Source of the DNA: Rubripirellula sp.
GTDB taxonomy: Bacteria > Planctomycetota > Planctomycetia > Pirellulales > Pirellulaceae
Length of the DNA: 64,000 nt
Direction: 5' to 3'
Assembly (NCBI GenBank): GCA_965216875.1
Contig: OZ244207.1
Span: forward strand, 1,568,001-1,632,000
Shown here: one piece after another, positions 29,505-38,627 of the stretch
Layout: each line of letters begins with the position of its first letter
Position numbering within the stretch: position 1 is the stretch's first letter
Notes under the pieces: generated by a model
What the model saw: the letters and a program-made list of their open reading frames with translations, nothing else
What the model was told of the DNA's origin: nothing
The model's database searches: none
Translations under genes and position numbers: made by a program

Positions 29505-32500
29505 CTATTGGCCAAAATTGTTTCGGAACGCTGCGAAATCAAAGAGGTTGATCGTTTGGTTGTTGTCGGCATCGAGACTGTCGACATAACCAAGGTCGTT
29601 GGCTGACTTGGCGTAGGAGTTACGGAAGGCAGCGAAATCGAAGAGGTTGACGATGTCGTTTCCGTCTTGATCGCCATACTTGCGGAAGAAACCGTCGGCT
29701 TCGGTAGCGCCAAAATGATATTGGCCCCCCGCTATTCCATCGCCGTCGCCATCAAGCGGGGTGCCGTCCAAGTGGACAAGCGCCGAATCGATGGTCAGTT
29801 GGTAGCTGCCGTCTGCGAGTGATCCTCCTGCCAAAACGGAAGGGCCTTGGGCAAAGGTGAATCGCACTCGAGTCTTGCCATCATCGTGAGTGATGACGGG
29901 GACGTCGGTCACTTGCTCGAGCGTATCGAGGTTGACGAACTGAAACGCGTCGTTGCCGGGGCTTTGATCGATTTCGACTTCGAAGTTGAAAAGCAATTCA
30001 ACTTCCTTGAGCGATGACCTTTGTGCATCGCCTCCGTTGATGATCACCGAATCGACGGCCGGTGGTGCGGGCGGAGCCTCGAAAGCTCCAATGTCGACGA
30101 TTGGTGTTCCTGTTCGGTTTCCGTCAACAACGCGTTGAAAGCCGATACCGCGCTGGTCGGTTGTGAGTGGGCCGCCACTTGGGTCGGTCGCCAATTCCGT
30201 GAGGCCCGAGTCGACTGCAGGAGAACTTGGCATCAAACGATGCGTTTGCGTTGGGCCCCCATTTTCGGCGAGCGGCACCAGCAACGGATCGAAGCCGACG
30301 AGATTGCCGTCGACGCCATCGGTGATGCCGCCCGATGTTGCTGCGTCCCAAACCAAGTTGTGCTGGGCATCGATTAGGTTCGAGGCGTTGATTTCCCATG
30401 ATGCACCGGACAAACCGCTGAGGTTTCCGGCAATAAGACTGTTGTAGGCGGTAAGTTGGTTGGTATTAATTCCACCGCCATTGCCGCTGCCATTTCCATC
30501 GCTGTCACCGTGATTGAAGGCGAGGGTCACGTTGCGAAGCTTGGTAACAAAACTTGAGATACCAGCACCATGTGTAGCAGCGGAATTGCCTGAGATGGTC
30601 GAGTTAAAGACGTTGACGGTCCCGCCAGTTGAGACGCCACCACCTTGACCCAAAGTAACATTGTCATGGATGGCACTGTCGATAACGTTGATCGGTCCGA
30701 AGCGTGAATAGATTCCGCCGCCGGCTGAATCTGCGGTATTGCCGACGATCGACGTTCGTTCGAGAGTGAGCGTGTTGGTCGCGTTGATGGCGCCTCCGTT
30801 GGTCCCGCTGCTGTTGCGGATCACGCTGTCACGAACGGTCAATGTGGTTGGACTCAGGATCGCGCTATCGTCCGCGTCGCGCAGCGTAAGTCCGGATAGC
30901 ACAGTGCCGGAGTACGTGTTGTGAAAGATGCGCGACGAGCCATTGCCGCTGATTGTGATTTGGTCGGCGCCGGGCCCCAAAATCGAAATCGAGGTGCTGA
31001 TCGTTGGCAAGACGCTTGCGAGTGTGATCGTTTCGCCAAAGATCGTCGGGTCGAAGACGATCTCGTCGTGGCCGCCTCGGGCGTTTGCCGCGTTGATGAG
31101 TTCTCGGAGTGAATCGCCCGTACCCAATCCGAGTCCACCATCATCTTCATCAGCGATGGTGGTCACTGCATTGCCAACAAAATCGTGCTCGTATGCGCCG
31201 ATGTCGTAGTTGGGTTGTCGATACCGCTGCAAATAATCCGTTCCGGGGGCATCGTTCGTCGTTCCAGCATCATTGATGGAAGACGCTGGATCTTGCTGAT
31301 AGAGCGTCCCAAGCAAGAACAATGGATCGACGCTGATGTTTTGCTCGGCGTCGGATGCTGTGCCGTTTGCGTTGGTTGCGGATGACGAGCCGAAGTCCGC
31401 GGGGTAGTTGCCCCAGTTGCCGCCGGCGTTCTGAAAAACGTTATTGAATCCGATTTGACCAAGGTTGGGAGTGAACGCGGCGGTGGCTTCGATGCCGAGT
31501 CCATTGAACGCAATGTTGTTGTTTCGGATTTCAAGGTTGGTGTCACCGGTGGCACCTTGTGTAGTGTGGGAAAGGGCCGTGCCGACATTGTTGACGATGG
31601 TGTTGTTGAGGAGGTCGGAAAACTGTGTGGTCGGCCCGCTATGGCTGATTTCAACCCCCGTCGTGTTTTGTTCGATGATGTTGTTGACGATCAAGGCCCC
31701 ATTGGACGCACCAAACGGCGCGCTGCCGCCCCCTTCGCTAGCACGCATCTTGATGCCGATGTCGTTGCCGTGGATATGATTCCGAAGCACATTCGGACTT
31801 GTCGCACTCGTTTTGGCCGTGCCGAAGCTGATGGCATAGCTTGCAACGATGTGCAGTCCGCTGATTGTGTTGTTGTAGAATTCATTGTCATGAATGCGTG
31901 CGCTAACGCGGGTTGTTGCCCCTGTTCCTCCCGCCGAATGCATGGTCAAGCCATCTTCGCCGTTGTTGTAGAACTTGCTGTTCTGAACAGTCACGTCACT
32001 GAGCGTGATGAAATCGCCTCGGCCGGCTCGAATCATCATGCCGTCGTAGAGGTTGTCGTGGAATTCGGAGTTGGAAACCTCGACCGAAGGGCTGTCGATG
32101 TACGAAAGATTCAATCCGTAGAGGCCGTAGGCGATGTCTACAAACCGGAACTCGCTGAGTGATTCGTTTTCAGCGTTGTAATCGATTCCCACCCAATCTC
32201 CTGCCGTGGGAGTCGCCGCAGCACTTGTGAAAACGATCGGGTCGGTTTGTGTACCGATCGCTTCAACGGACCCATTGATCAGCAGTTGCGTATCGGTTTC
32301 GAACAGAAGGTTGGAGCCCGGTTCGATCTGCCAATGTTCTCCTGCGTCAACGACCACGTCGAACGTTACGGTGTAGTCGTTGCTTGGAAGCAAGCCTTCG
32401 AAATGACCGCCAATCGTTCGATTTCCGGCGGTATCATCGTTGGTGACTTCGAGTGTGGCGGTATCGCTAAGGAAGCCAGTGGCCGAGGCCGTGAGATCCG

Positions 32501-33068
32501 TTGATTGAGTGGCATCGACGAAATAGTCGTTGTGCGTCGAAACATCAACGGTGACAAACGACTGCGTCGCAGGAATGGTGACGACAGATGGGAGGGTTGC
32601 CGCGGTCGTGTCTGATGACACAAGTGTGACATCCAATGCTGCGCTCAGGTCGCCATTTCGGGTGATCGTGAGCGTCGTTGCCGCGATTCCATCGGTCTCG
32701 TTTACCGTGGCCGAGGCAAGGTCGACCAAGAGGGTTGCTGGGTCCGTGCCACTGGTAGGTATCGCTGATGGGGTGGATTCGGTTTGTGGTGTTGAAGCGT
32801 TAACCGACGCGTCGACGCCGCTCGTGGGTGAATCAAATATCCAGGGGCCGATCGGTGAGGAATCGCTTTCGGGACCAGGCAAGTAGGGAACGCGAGTGGC
32901 GTTTGCCAGATCAGTAACGTCTGTGCTTGGGGTCAGGGGGAACGCAACAGCTAGCACACGGCGGTGCTCGAGTATTTCGACTGCAAGCCTGCGCCGTTGC
33001 CGATGGGTTCGCGTGAGCGAGGATTGGGAAGGTTTGCGATGCCGCCTGGCACCCGAATGGTGATTCAT
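29505..33068 (-). CDS. Large planctomycete extracellular protein: Calx-beta-like, right-handed beta-helix, CSLREA-like, choice-of-anchor Q-like and dockerin-like domains
   Basis: RRRLAVEILEHRRVLA planctomycete export motif; NxxG beta-helix repeats; SLRELINAAN; DPLLVPLAENGGPTQTHRL..SSPAVDSG; DIGAFE; two NLFDFAAFR motifs. Confidence 0.85.
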   Translation of the reverse strand: MNHHSGARRHRKPSQSSLTRTHRQRRRLAVEILEHRRVLAVAFPLTPSTDVTDLANATRVPYLPGPESDSSPIGPWIFDSPTSGVDASVNASTPQTESTPSAIPTSGTDPATLLVDLASATVNETDGIAATTLTITRNGDLSAALDVTLVSSDTTAATLPSVVTIPATQSFVTVDVSTHNDYFVDATQSTDLTASATGFLSDTATLEVTNDDTAGNRTIGGHFEGLLPSNDYTVTFDVVVDAGEHWQIEPGSNLLFETDTQLLINGSVEAIGTQTDPIVFTSAAATPTAGDWVGIDYNAENESLSEFRFVDIAYGLYGLNLSYIDSPSVEVSNSEFHDNLYDGMMIRAGRGDFITLSDVTVQNSKFYNNGEDGLTMHSAGGTGATTRVSARIHDNEFYNNTISGLHIVASYAISFGTAKTSATSPNVLRNHIHGNDIGIKMRASEGGGSAPFGASNGALIVNNIIEQNTTGVEISHSGPTTQFSDLLNNTIVNNVGTALSHTTQGATGDTNLEIRNNNIAFNGLGIEATAAFTPNLGQIGFNNVFQNAGGNWGNYPADFGSSSATNANGTASDAEQNISVDPLFLLGTLYQQDPASSINDAGTTNDAPGTDYLQRYRQPNYDIGAYEHDFVGNAVTTIADEDDGGLGLGTGDSLRELINAANARGGHDEIVFDPTIFGETITLASVLPTISTSISILGPGADQITISGNGSSRIFHNTYSGTVLSGLTLRDADDSAILSPTTLTVRDSVIRNSSGTNGGAINATNTLTLERTSIVGNTADSAGGGIYSRFGPINVIDSAIHDNVTLGQGGGVSTGGTVNVFNSTISGNSAATHGAGISSFVTKLRNVTLAFNHGDSDGNGSGNGGGINTNQLTAYNSLIAGNLSGLSGASWEINASNLIDAQHNLVWDAATSGGITDGVDGNLVGFDPLLVPLAENGGPTQTHRLMPSSPAVDSGLTELATDPSGGPLTTDQRGIGFQRVVDGNRTGTPIVDIGAFEAPPAPPAVDSVIINGGDAQRSSLKEVELLFNFEVEIDQSPGNDAFQFVNLDTLEQVTDVPVITHDDGKTRVRFTFAQGPSVLAGGSLADGSYQLTIDSALVHLDGTPLDGDGDGIAGGQYHFGATEADGFFRKYGDQDGNDIVNLFDFAAFRNSYAKSANDLGYVDSLDADNNQTINLFDFAAFRNNFGQ

Positions 33069-33433
33069 CTCAACGTTCCGTATGCCCCGGGGATCGAAAG
33101 TGACCAAACATTTGGGCCAACGCAGTCGGTCGCGGGTTGCACGTGTATGTCGAGGCAACGATGCGGCCAGCACGCTGGGCATGACTATAAAAAGGGGCAA
33201 AGGCAAAATGTTCAGGGCGCTTTAAAAAACACGAAAAAGTGATCCATTTGAGACGCCGCCCACTGTTCGTTTGAGCAGCAAAAACGCGTGATTCAGCCGC
33301 AGAGTGACTCGATCGCAATCAAACGTGATCGGTTCGGTGAGCCTGTTCAGGCTAAACTGGTTGCCTGCCTTACCCCATAAGGTTGCCCGCCCTTTTTCCT
33401 GCCGAAGATACCGACTCTTTCGAAGTTTGATTC

Positions 33434-36400
33434 ATGCGCATTGTTGCTTGTTTGTTGCTGACGTCATGCGTCCTCGCGCTGCCCGCGATCGGGCACGATA
33501 CGACCCGCATCGATTGGAAGACTCTCCAACTGAGCGACGAGTTCTACAGCGAAGGTGCCACGGTTGGTGACTTCAATCAGGACGGCACGCTCGACGTGGC
33601 TTCCGGTCCCTTCTGGTACCAAGGGCCTGACTTCAAGCAGTCGCATCGGTTCTACGCCCAGGATGCCTATGACCCGCACGGCTACTCGAACAACTTCTTT
33701 GCCTTCACCGAAGACTTCAACCAAGACGGTTGGGATGACATTCTTGTCTACGGTTTCCCAGGGCAAGACGCGTCGTGGTTTGAAAACCCAAAGGGAGCCG
33801 ATCGCTTTTGGCCGCGTCACAAAGTGCTGGATGTGGTCGACAACGAGTCACCGCATTTTGTTGACCTTACTGGCGACGGCCATCGCGAGATCGTCTGTAG
33901 CAGTGGCGGGTTTTTCGGATTCGCCGAAGTCAATCGGCAGGCTCCCGAGGCACCTTGGAAGTTCCGTCGCCTGTCGGACCAATCGGCAGGTGGGCGATTC
34001 ACACACGGGCTTGGTGTTGGCGATATCAATGGCGATGGTCGCAATGACCTGATCACGACAAGCGGTTGGTGGGAGCAGCCTGAATCACTCGATGGGGACC
34101 CGCAATGGAAAAAACACCCGTTTGCGTTCAGTCCGAGTTCGTCACAAATGTTTGCCTACGACATTGATGACGACGGCGACAGCGACGTGATCTGTTGCCA
34201 GAACGCACATGGCTTTGGGTTGACCTGGTTCGAACAGACGCAGTCCGACGCTGGCGATGTCACATTCAAGAAGCATGTGATCATGGGATCCAAGCCGTCG
34301 GAAAACGAGTTCGGCGTCGTCTTTTCTCAACTGCACGCGGTTGAGTTGGTCGACATCAACGGCGATGGACTCAAAGACATCCTGACGGGCAAACGCCACT
34401 GGGCACACGGCCCTCGCGGCGATACTCAGCCGAACCATCCCGCCGTGGTGTACTGGTTCGAGCTAACACGAACCGACAAGGGAGTCCGTTGGATCCCACA
34501 TTTGATTGACGATGCCTCGGGTGTTGGAACGGAAGTTGACTTCGCCGACATCAACAAAGATGGCGCGGTCGATGTGGTGGTGGGGAACAAAAAGGGAACC
34601 TTCGTTCACCTGCAAAATCGCAAAACGGTTTCGATGCACGAGGGGCATCGAGATCGGTTGGTCGATCAGGCAACCAAAGCCAAGGCAGTGAGCACTGGCT
34701 TGCCGCCGAACGCGGGGCTGACACCTGAGGAAGCGGCCAAAGCGATCACGGTACCTGACGGGTTTAGCGTTCAGCTTGCCGCGGGTGAACCGATGATTCA
34801 TCAACCGATCGCAATGACATTTGATCACCGTGGTCGGCTTTGGGTCGCCGAAGCGCATACCTATCCGATTCGAGCCGAAGAGGGTGGCGGTGAAGACAAG
34901 ATCATCATCCTTGAAGACACCGACCAAGATGGCGACTTTGATAAACGCACTGTTTTTACAGAAGGTTTGAACCTCGTCAGCGGACTTGAAGTCGGCTTCG
35001 GTGGCGTTTGGGTTGGCGCGGCACCTTATCTCATGTTCATCCCAGATCGCGACAGTGATGATCGTCCCGATGGGGAACCTGAAATACTGCTTGATGGATT
35101 CGGATACCAAGACACCCACGAAACGCTCAACGCATTCATCTGGGGACCTGACGGTTGGCTGTACGGGTGTCATGGCGTCTTCACTCATTCAAAAGTTGGC
35201 AAGCCGGGGACACCCGACGAAGAACGCGTGCCAATGAATTGCGCGGTTTGGCGTTATCACCCGATCCGGCATGAGTTCGATATCTTTTCGCGAGGAACGA
35301 GCAATCCGTGGGGCGTCGACTTCAACGACTACGGGCAAGCCTTCATCACCGCGTGTGTGATTCCACACATGTACCACGTGATACAAGGGGCTCGTTATCA
35401 GCGTCAGGGCGGCCGGCACTTTAACCCCCATATCTACGAAGACATCAAGACGATTGCCGACCATGCTCACTACGCGGGCAACATCCGCGATCACGCGTGG
35501 TGGGGCAGAAACGAATCAGTCGAGTCGCACGGTACGCACGAAGCGGGCGGTGGCCACGCACACTGTGGCGCGATGGTCTATTTGGGAAACAACTGGCCGC
35601 GCGAATATCGAAACTCGATCTTCATGACCAATCTGCTTGGCAACCGCATCAACAACGAAAAGCTGCGCCGCGTCGGGAGTGGCTATGTCGCCTCACATGG
35701 AAACGATCTGCTATTTGCCAACGACCTTTGGTTTCGATGCATCAATCAAAAGTACGCTCCCGACGGAAGCGTCTACATGATCGACTGGTACGACAAGAAT
35801 GCCTGCCATCGACGCGACAAGGAACTGTGGGACCGAACCAACGGACGTGTCTACCAAGTGCGCTACGGCACGCCAAACACGATTTCGGTCGACCTGTCGT
35901 CTTTGACCGATGCCGAGCTTGTTGAATTTCAGCTACACGAGAACGAATGGCAAGTTCGAATGGCGCGTCGCATCCTGCAAGAACGCGCCGCGGCTGGAAA
36001 GATCAACCGCGACGCGGTTGCCAAACGGTTACGGCAGATCGCACATGATCATGAGGATGTTCCGCAGCGGCTTCGGGGCGTGTGGGCATTACACGCTTGT
36101 GATTTGCTGAGTGACTCGGATATCGCCAAGCTCTTGGAAGCGAAGGGGCACAAGTCGGAATACTTGCGTGCTTGGGCGATCCAGTTGGACATGGAAGATG
36201 GGTCCACCGAAGAAGGCGAAACGTACGTCGCCCTTGCTAACCGCGATCAATCGCAACTGGTTCGTTTGTACCTTGCGTCGGCACTGCAACGTTTGCCGAT
36301 CGCAGAACGTTGGCAGCTAGCGTCGGCACTGCTGAGGCACGGCGATGACGCGGGCGATCACAACTTGCCGCTGATGTACTGGTACGGAATCGAACCGATG

Positions 36401-38086
36401 GTGGTTGCCGACACGGATCGGGCATTGCAGTTGGCTGCAAAATCAGCGGTACCGAAAGTGCGGCAGTTCATCTACCGACGGGCTGCCGCCGATTCTCAAG
36501 CGATTGATCGCTTGTTGGTGGGACTCGGTCAAGTTGCGGACGATTCGCTGCGCAAAGTGATTCTCGGCGAAATCACGGCGGCAATCAGCAAACAGGGGCG
36601 GTTGAAGATGCCCAAGGAATGGCCAGGCGTGTATCAGACGTTGGCCTCGAGCGGTGACGAAACGGTTCGCCAACAAGCTCAGTTGATCACGGTGAAATTC
36701 GGTGACTCTTCGATCTTTCCGACACTGCGAACGATCGTTGGCGACAAAGGCGGCAAACTTGCTGCTCGGCAAAGTGCACTCGAGGCATTGCTTGCCGGAC
36801 GTGATGGTGAGCTTGTTCCGACGCTATTGGATTTGCTCGAGGAGCCGGCACTTCGATCGCAGGCATTGCGAGGCTTGGCCAACTACTCCGACGAGCGAGT
36901 TGGCCGACGGATCTTGGCAGGTTATGGATCGTTTACTGACGAGCAGAAGGAAGATGCCGTTGCGACTTTGACATCCCGCGCGAGCTATGCCAATGAGTTG
37001 TTGGACGCGATTGAAAAGAAAGAAGTTGCGCAAAGCGACCTGTCTGCGTTTCATGTCCGCCAGCTTTCTTTGTTGAACGATCCCACCTTGGTGGAAAAGG
37101 TCAATCGTGTGTGGGGATTGATGAGGCGTACCCCGGATGAAAAACGCAAGCATATCGCCCAGCTGAAGGGGCGTCTCGGTCCCAAGGCGATGGTATCAGC
37201 CGATCTGTCGCATGGCCGGGTGATCTATGAAAAGACTTGTGGCAAGTGCCACAAGTTGTTCGGGGCAGGTGGTGATATCGGCCCGGACATTACCGGGTCG
37301 AATCGGGCGGATCTCGATTACACGCTCCAGAACATCATCGATCCAAACGCATTGATCGGCAAAGAGTACCAGTCGACCCAGATCCTGACGTTCGATGGAC
37401 GAGTGATCACCGGTTTGTTGAAGGAAGAGAACGACTCAGCTGTGGTGATCCAGACGGCCAACGAGAAACTTGTCGTCGACAAAGAGGACATTGAACAACG
37501 GCGGCTTTCAAAGACCTCGGTGATGCCGGAAGGGCAGATCGATCAAATGAAGCCGAAAGAAGTTCGCGATCTGATTGCCTATTTAGCAAGTCCATCGCAG
37601 GTGCCGTTGCCAGGAGCGGGACCGGTGATGAACAGCAATGGTCAAGTCAACGGCGGGATCGAAGGCGAGTCGCTGAAGGCGATTGGCAAGGTCGCCGGTA
37701 ACGCACGTCCACAAGGAATGCAGAACTTTTCTGGTGGCAAATGGAGCGGGGGAACGCATCTTTGGTGGACGGGTGCCAAGGTCGGTGACAAGCTGAGTCT
37801 TGCTGTGCCCGTGGACGAACCGGGCGAATACGAGGTCTTCGTGGGGCTGACCAAAGCCCGCGACTATGGCATGGTTTCGATGACCGTCAACGGTGCTGGC
37901 TCGGGCGTTCCGGTCGACCTGTATGACCCAGAAGTCGTCACCACCGGACCGATTTCACTGGGGACGCACTCACTAAGTAAGGGCGACAATCGATTGGTCA
38001 TCGAGATCACAGGAGCCAATTCGAAGGCGGTCAAGGCCTACATGTTTGGGCTCGACTACGTCTATTTGGGCACCGCGAAGCGATAG
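33434..38086 (+). CDS. PVC-type haem-binding CxxCH membrane-bound dehydrogenase-like protein with N-terminal FG-GAP/VCBS repeats
   Basis: Signal peptide; DFNQDGxxD/DINGDG repeats; PDGFSVQLAAGEP..QPIAMTFD.RGRLWV propeller; HEAT-like region; CGKCH...IGPDITG...SVMPEG. Confidence 0.88.
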   Translation: MRIVACLLLTSCVLALPAIGHDTTRIDWKTLQLSDEFYSEGATVGDFNQDGTLDVASGPFWYQGPDFKQSHRFYAQDAYDPHGYSNNFFAFTEDFNQDGWDDILVYGFPGQDASWFENPKGADRFWPRHKVLDVVDNESPHFVDLTGDGHREIVCSSGGFFGFAEVNRQAPEAPWKFRRLSDQSAGGRFTHGLGVGDINGDGRNDLITTSGWWEQPESLDGDPQWKKHPFAFSPSSSQMFAYDIDDDGDSDVICCQNAHGFGLTWFEQTQSDAGDVTFKKHVIMGSKPSENEFGVVFSQLHAVELVDINGDGLKDILTGKRHWAHGPRGDTQPNHPAVVYWFELTRTDKGVRWIPHLIDDASGVGTEVDFADINKDGAVDVVVGNKKGTFVHLQNRKTVSMHEGHRDRLVDQATKAKAVSTGLPPNAGLTPEEAAKAITVPDGFSVQLAAGEPMIHQPIAMTFDHRGRLWVAEAHTYPIRAEEGGGEDKIIILEDTDQDGDFDKRTVFTEGLNLVSGLEVGFGGVWVGAAPYLMFIPDRDSDDRPDGEPEILLDGFGYQDTHETLNAFIWGPDGWLYGCHGVFTHSKVGKPGTPDEERVPMNCAVWRYHPIRHEFDIFSRGTSNPWGVDFNDYGQAFITACVIPHMYHVIQGARYQRQGGRHFNPHIYEDIKTIADHAHYAGNIRDHAWWGRNESVESHGTHEAGGGHAHCGAMVYLGNNWPREYRNSIFMTNLLGNRINNEKLRRVGSGYVASHGNDLLFANDLWFRCINQKYAPDGSVYMIDWYDKNACHRRDKELWDRTNGRVYQVRYGTPNTISVDLSSLTDAELVEFQLHENEWQVRMARRILQERAAAGKINRDAVAKRLRQIAHDHEDVPQRLRGVWALHACDLLSDSDIAKLLEAKGHKSEYLRAWAIQLDMEDGSTEEGETYVALANRDQSQLVRLYLASALQRLPIAERWQLASALLRHGDDAGDHNLPLMYWYGIEPMVVADTDRALQLAAKSAVPKVRQFIYRRAAADSQAIDRLLVGLGQVADDSLRKVILGEITAAISKQGRLKMPKEWPGVYQTLASSGDETVRQQAQLITVKFGDSSIFPTLRTIVGDKGGKLAARQSALEALLAGRDGELVPTLLDLLEEPALRSQALRGLANYSDERVGRRILAGYGSFTDEQKEDAVATLTSRASYANELLDAIEKKEVAQSDLSAFHVRQLSLLNDPTLVEKVNRVWGLMRRTPDEKRKHIAQLKGRLGPKAMVSADLSHGRVIYEKTCGKCHKLFGAGGDIGPDITGSNRADLDYTLQNIIDPNALIGKEYQSTQILTFDGRVITGLLKEENDSAVVIQTANEKLVVDKEDIEQRRLSKTSVMPEGQIDQMKPKEVRDLIAYLASPSQVPLPGAGPVMNSNGQVNGGIEGESLKAIGKVAGNARPQGMQNFSGGKWSGGTHLWWTGAKVGDKLSLAVPVDEPGEYEVFVGLTKARDYGMVSMTVNGAGSGVPVDLYDPEVVTTGPISLGTHSLSKGDNRLVIEITGANSKAVKAYMFGLDYVYLGTAKR

Positions 38087-38627
38087 TATTTGGGCACGCC
38101 GAGCACTAGGTCGCAATGCGGAGATCGACCCCAATGAAGGGCCCTAGCGTGGCTTGAGCCTCCTGCGCTGAGGATGTGAAACGCGCGGAGGGCCAGGATG
38201 GGACGATTTGTGCGATATTCTCGGGCTATCAAGGGCCCGTTCGTCATTGACCGCAGCGGCATCGACAAATACATTTAGCCGCGAAAAGACGTGTATTTGG
38301 GTCTGCCTGTGTTATCAAACATCAAAGTGGCGGACCTCTTTTCGCGTGATTGACCAGTTTGTTGCCGCCGCGACCCTGGCGAGTCTTTGCAGGGTTGGCC
38401 GAGCCAATGCCTACCTGTACAGCTTGTCCAAGGGCAACAAGGTCACGACCACGTTTGGGTGGACGACTGTCTTGGCAGGGGTTTTCGACCGAGATTGAAT
38501 CGGGTTCGAAGACCGCACTGCACCGCATTGGTAACCGTACCGGGCGGAGAGAGTTCGCACTTAGCACGCTTTTCCAGTGAACAATCCATTACCCATCACA
38601 AATCAAACGGTGTCCTAGAGAGCGACC

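Noticed and set aside
38063..38097. 11-bp direct repeat TATTTGGGCAC across a stop codon, as a target-site duplication
   Set aside because: The copies are only 24 bp apart with no element between them; likely a local micro-duplication.
38561..38587. CIRCE element upstream of ppdK
   Set aside because: Only a TTAGCACGC half-site is present; the second arm is missing.
38100..38627. Structured ncRNA or riboswitch in the 540-bp region before ppdK
   Set aside because: I could not recognise any known RNA motif or convincing ORF; an Rfam/Infernal scan would be needed.
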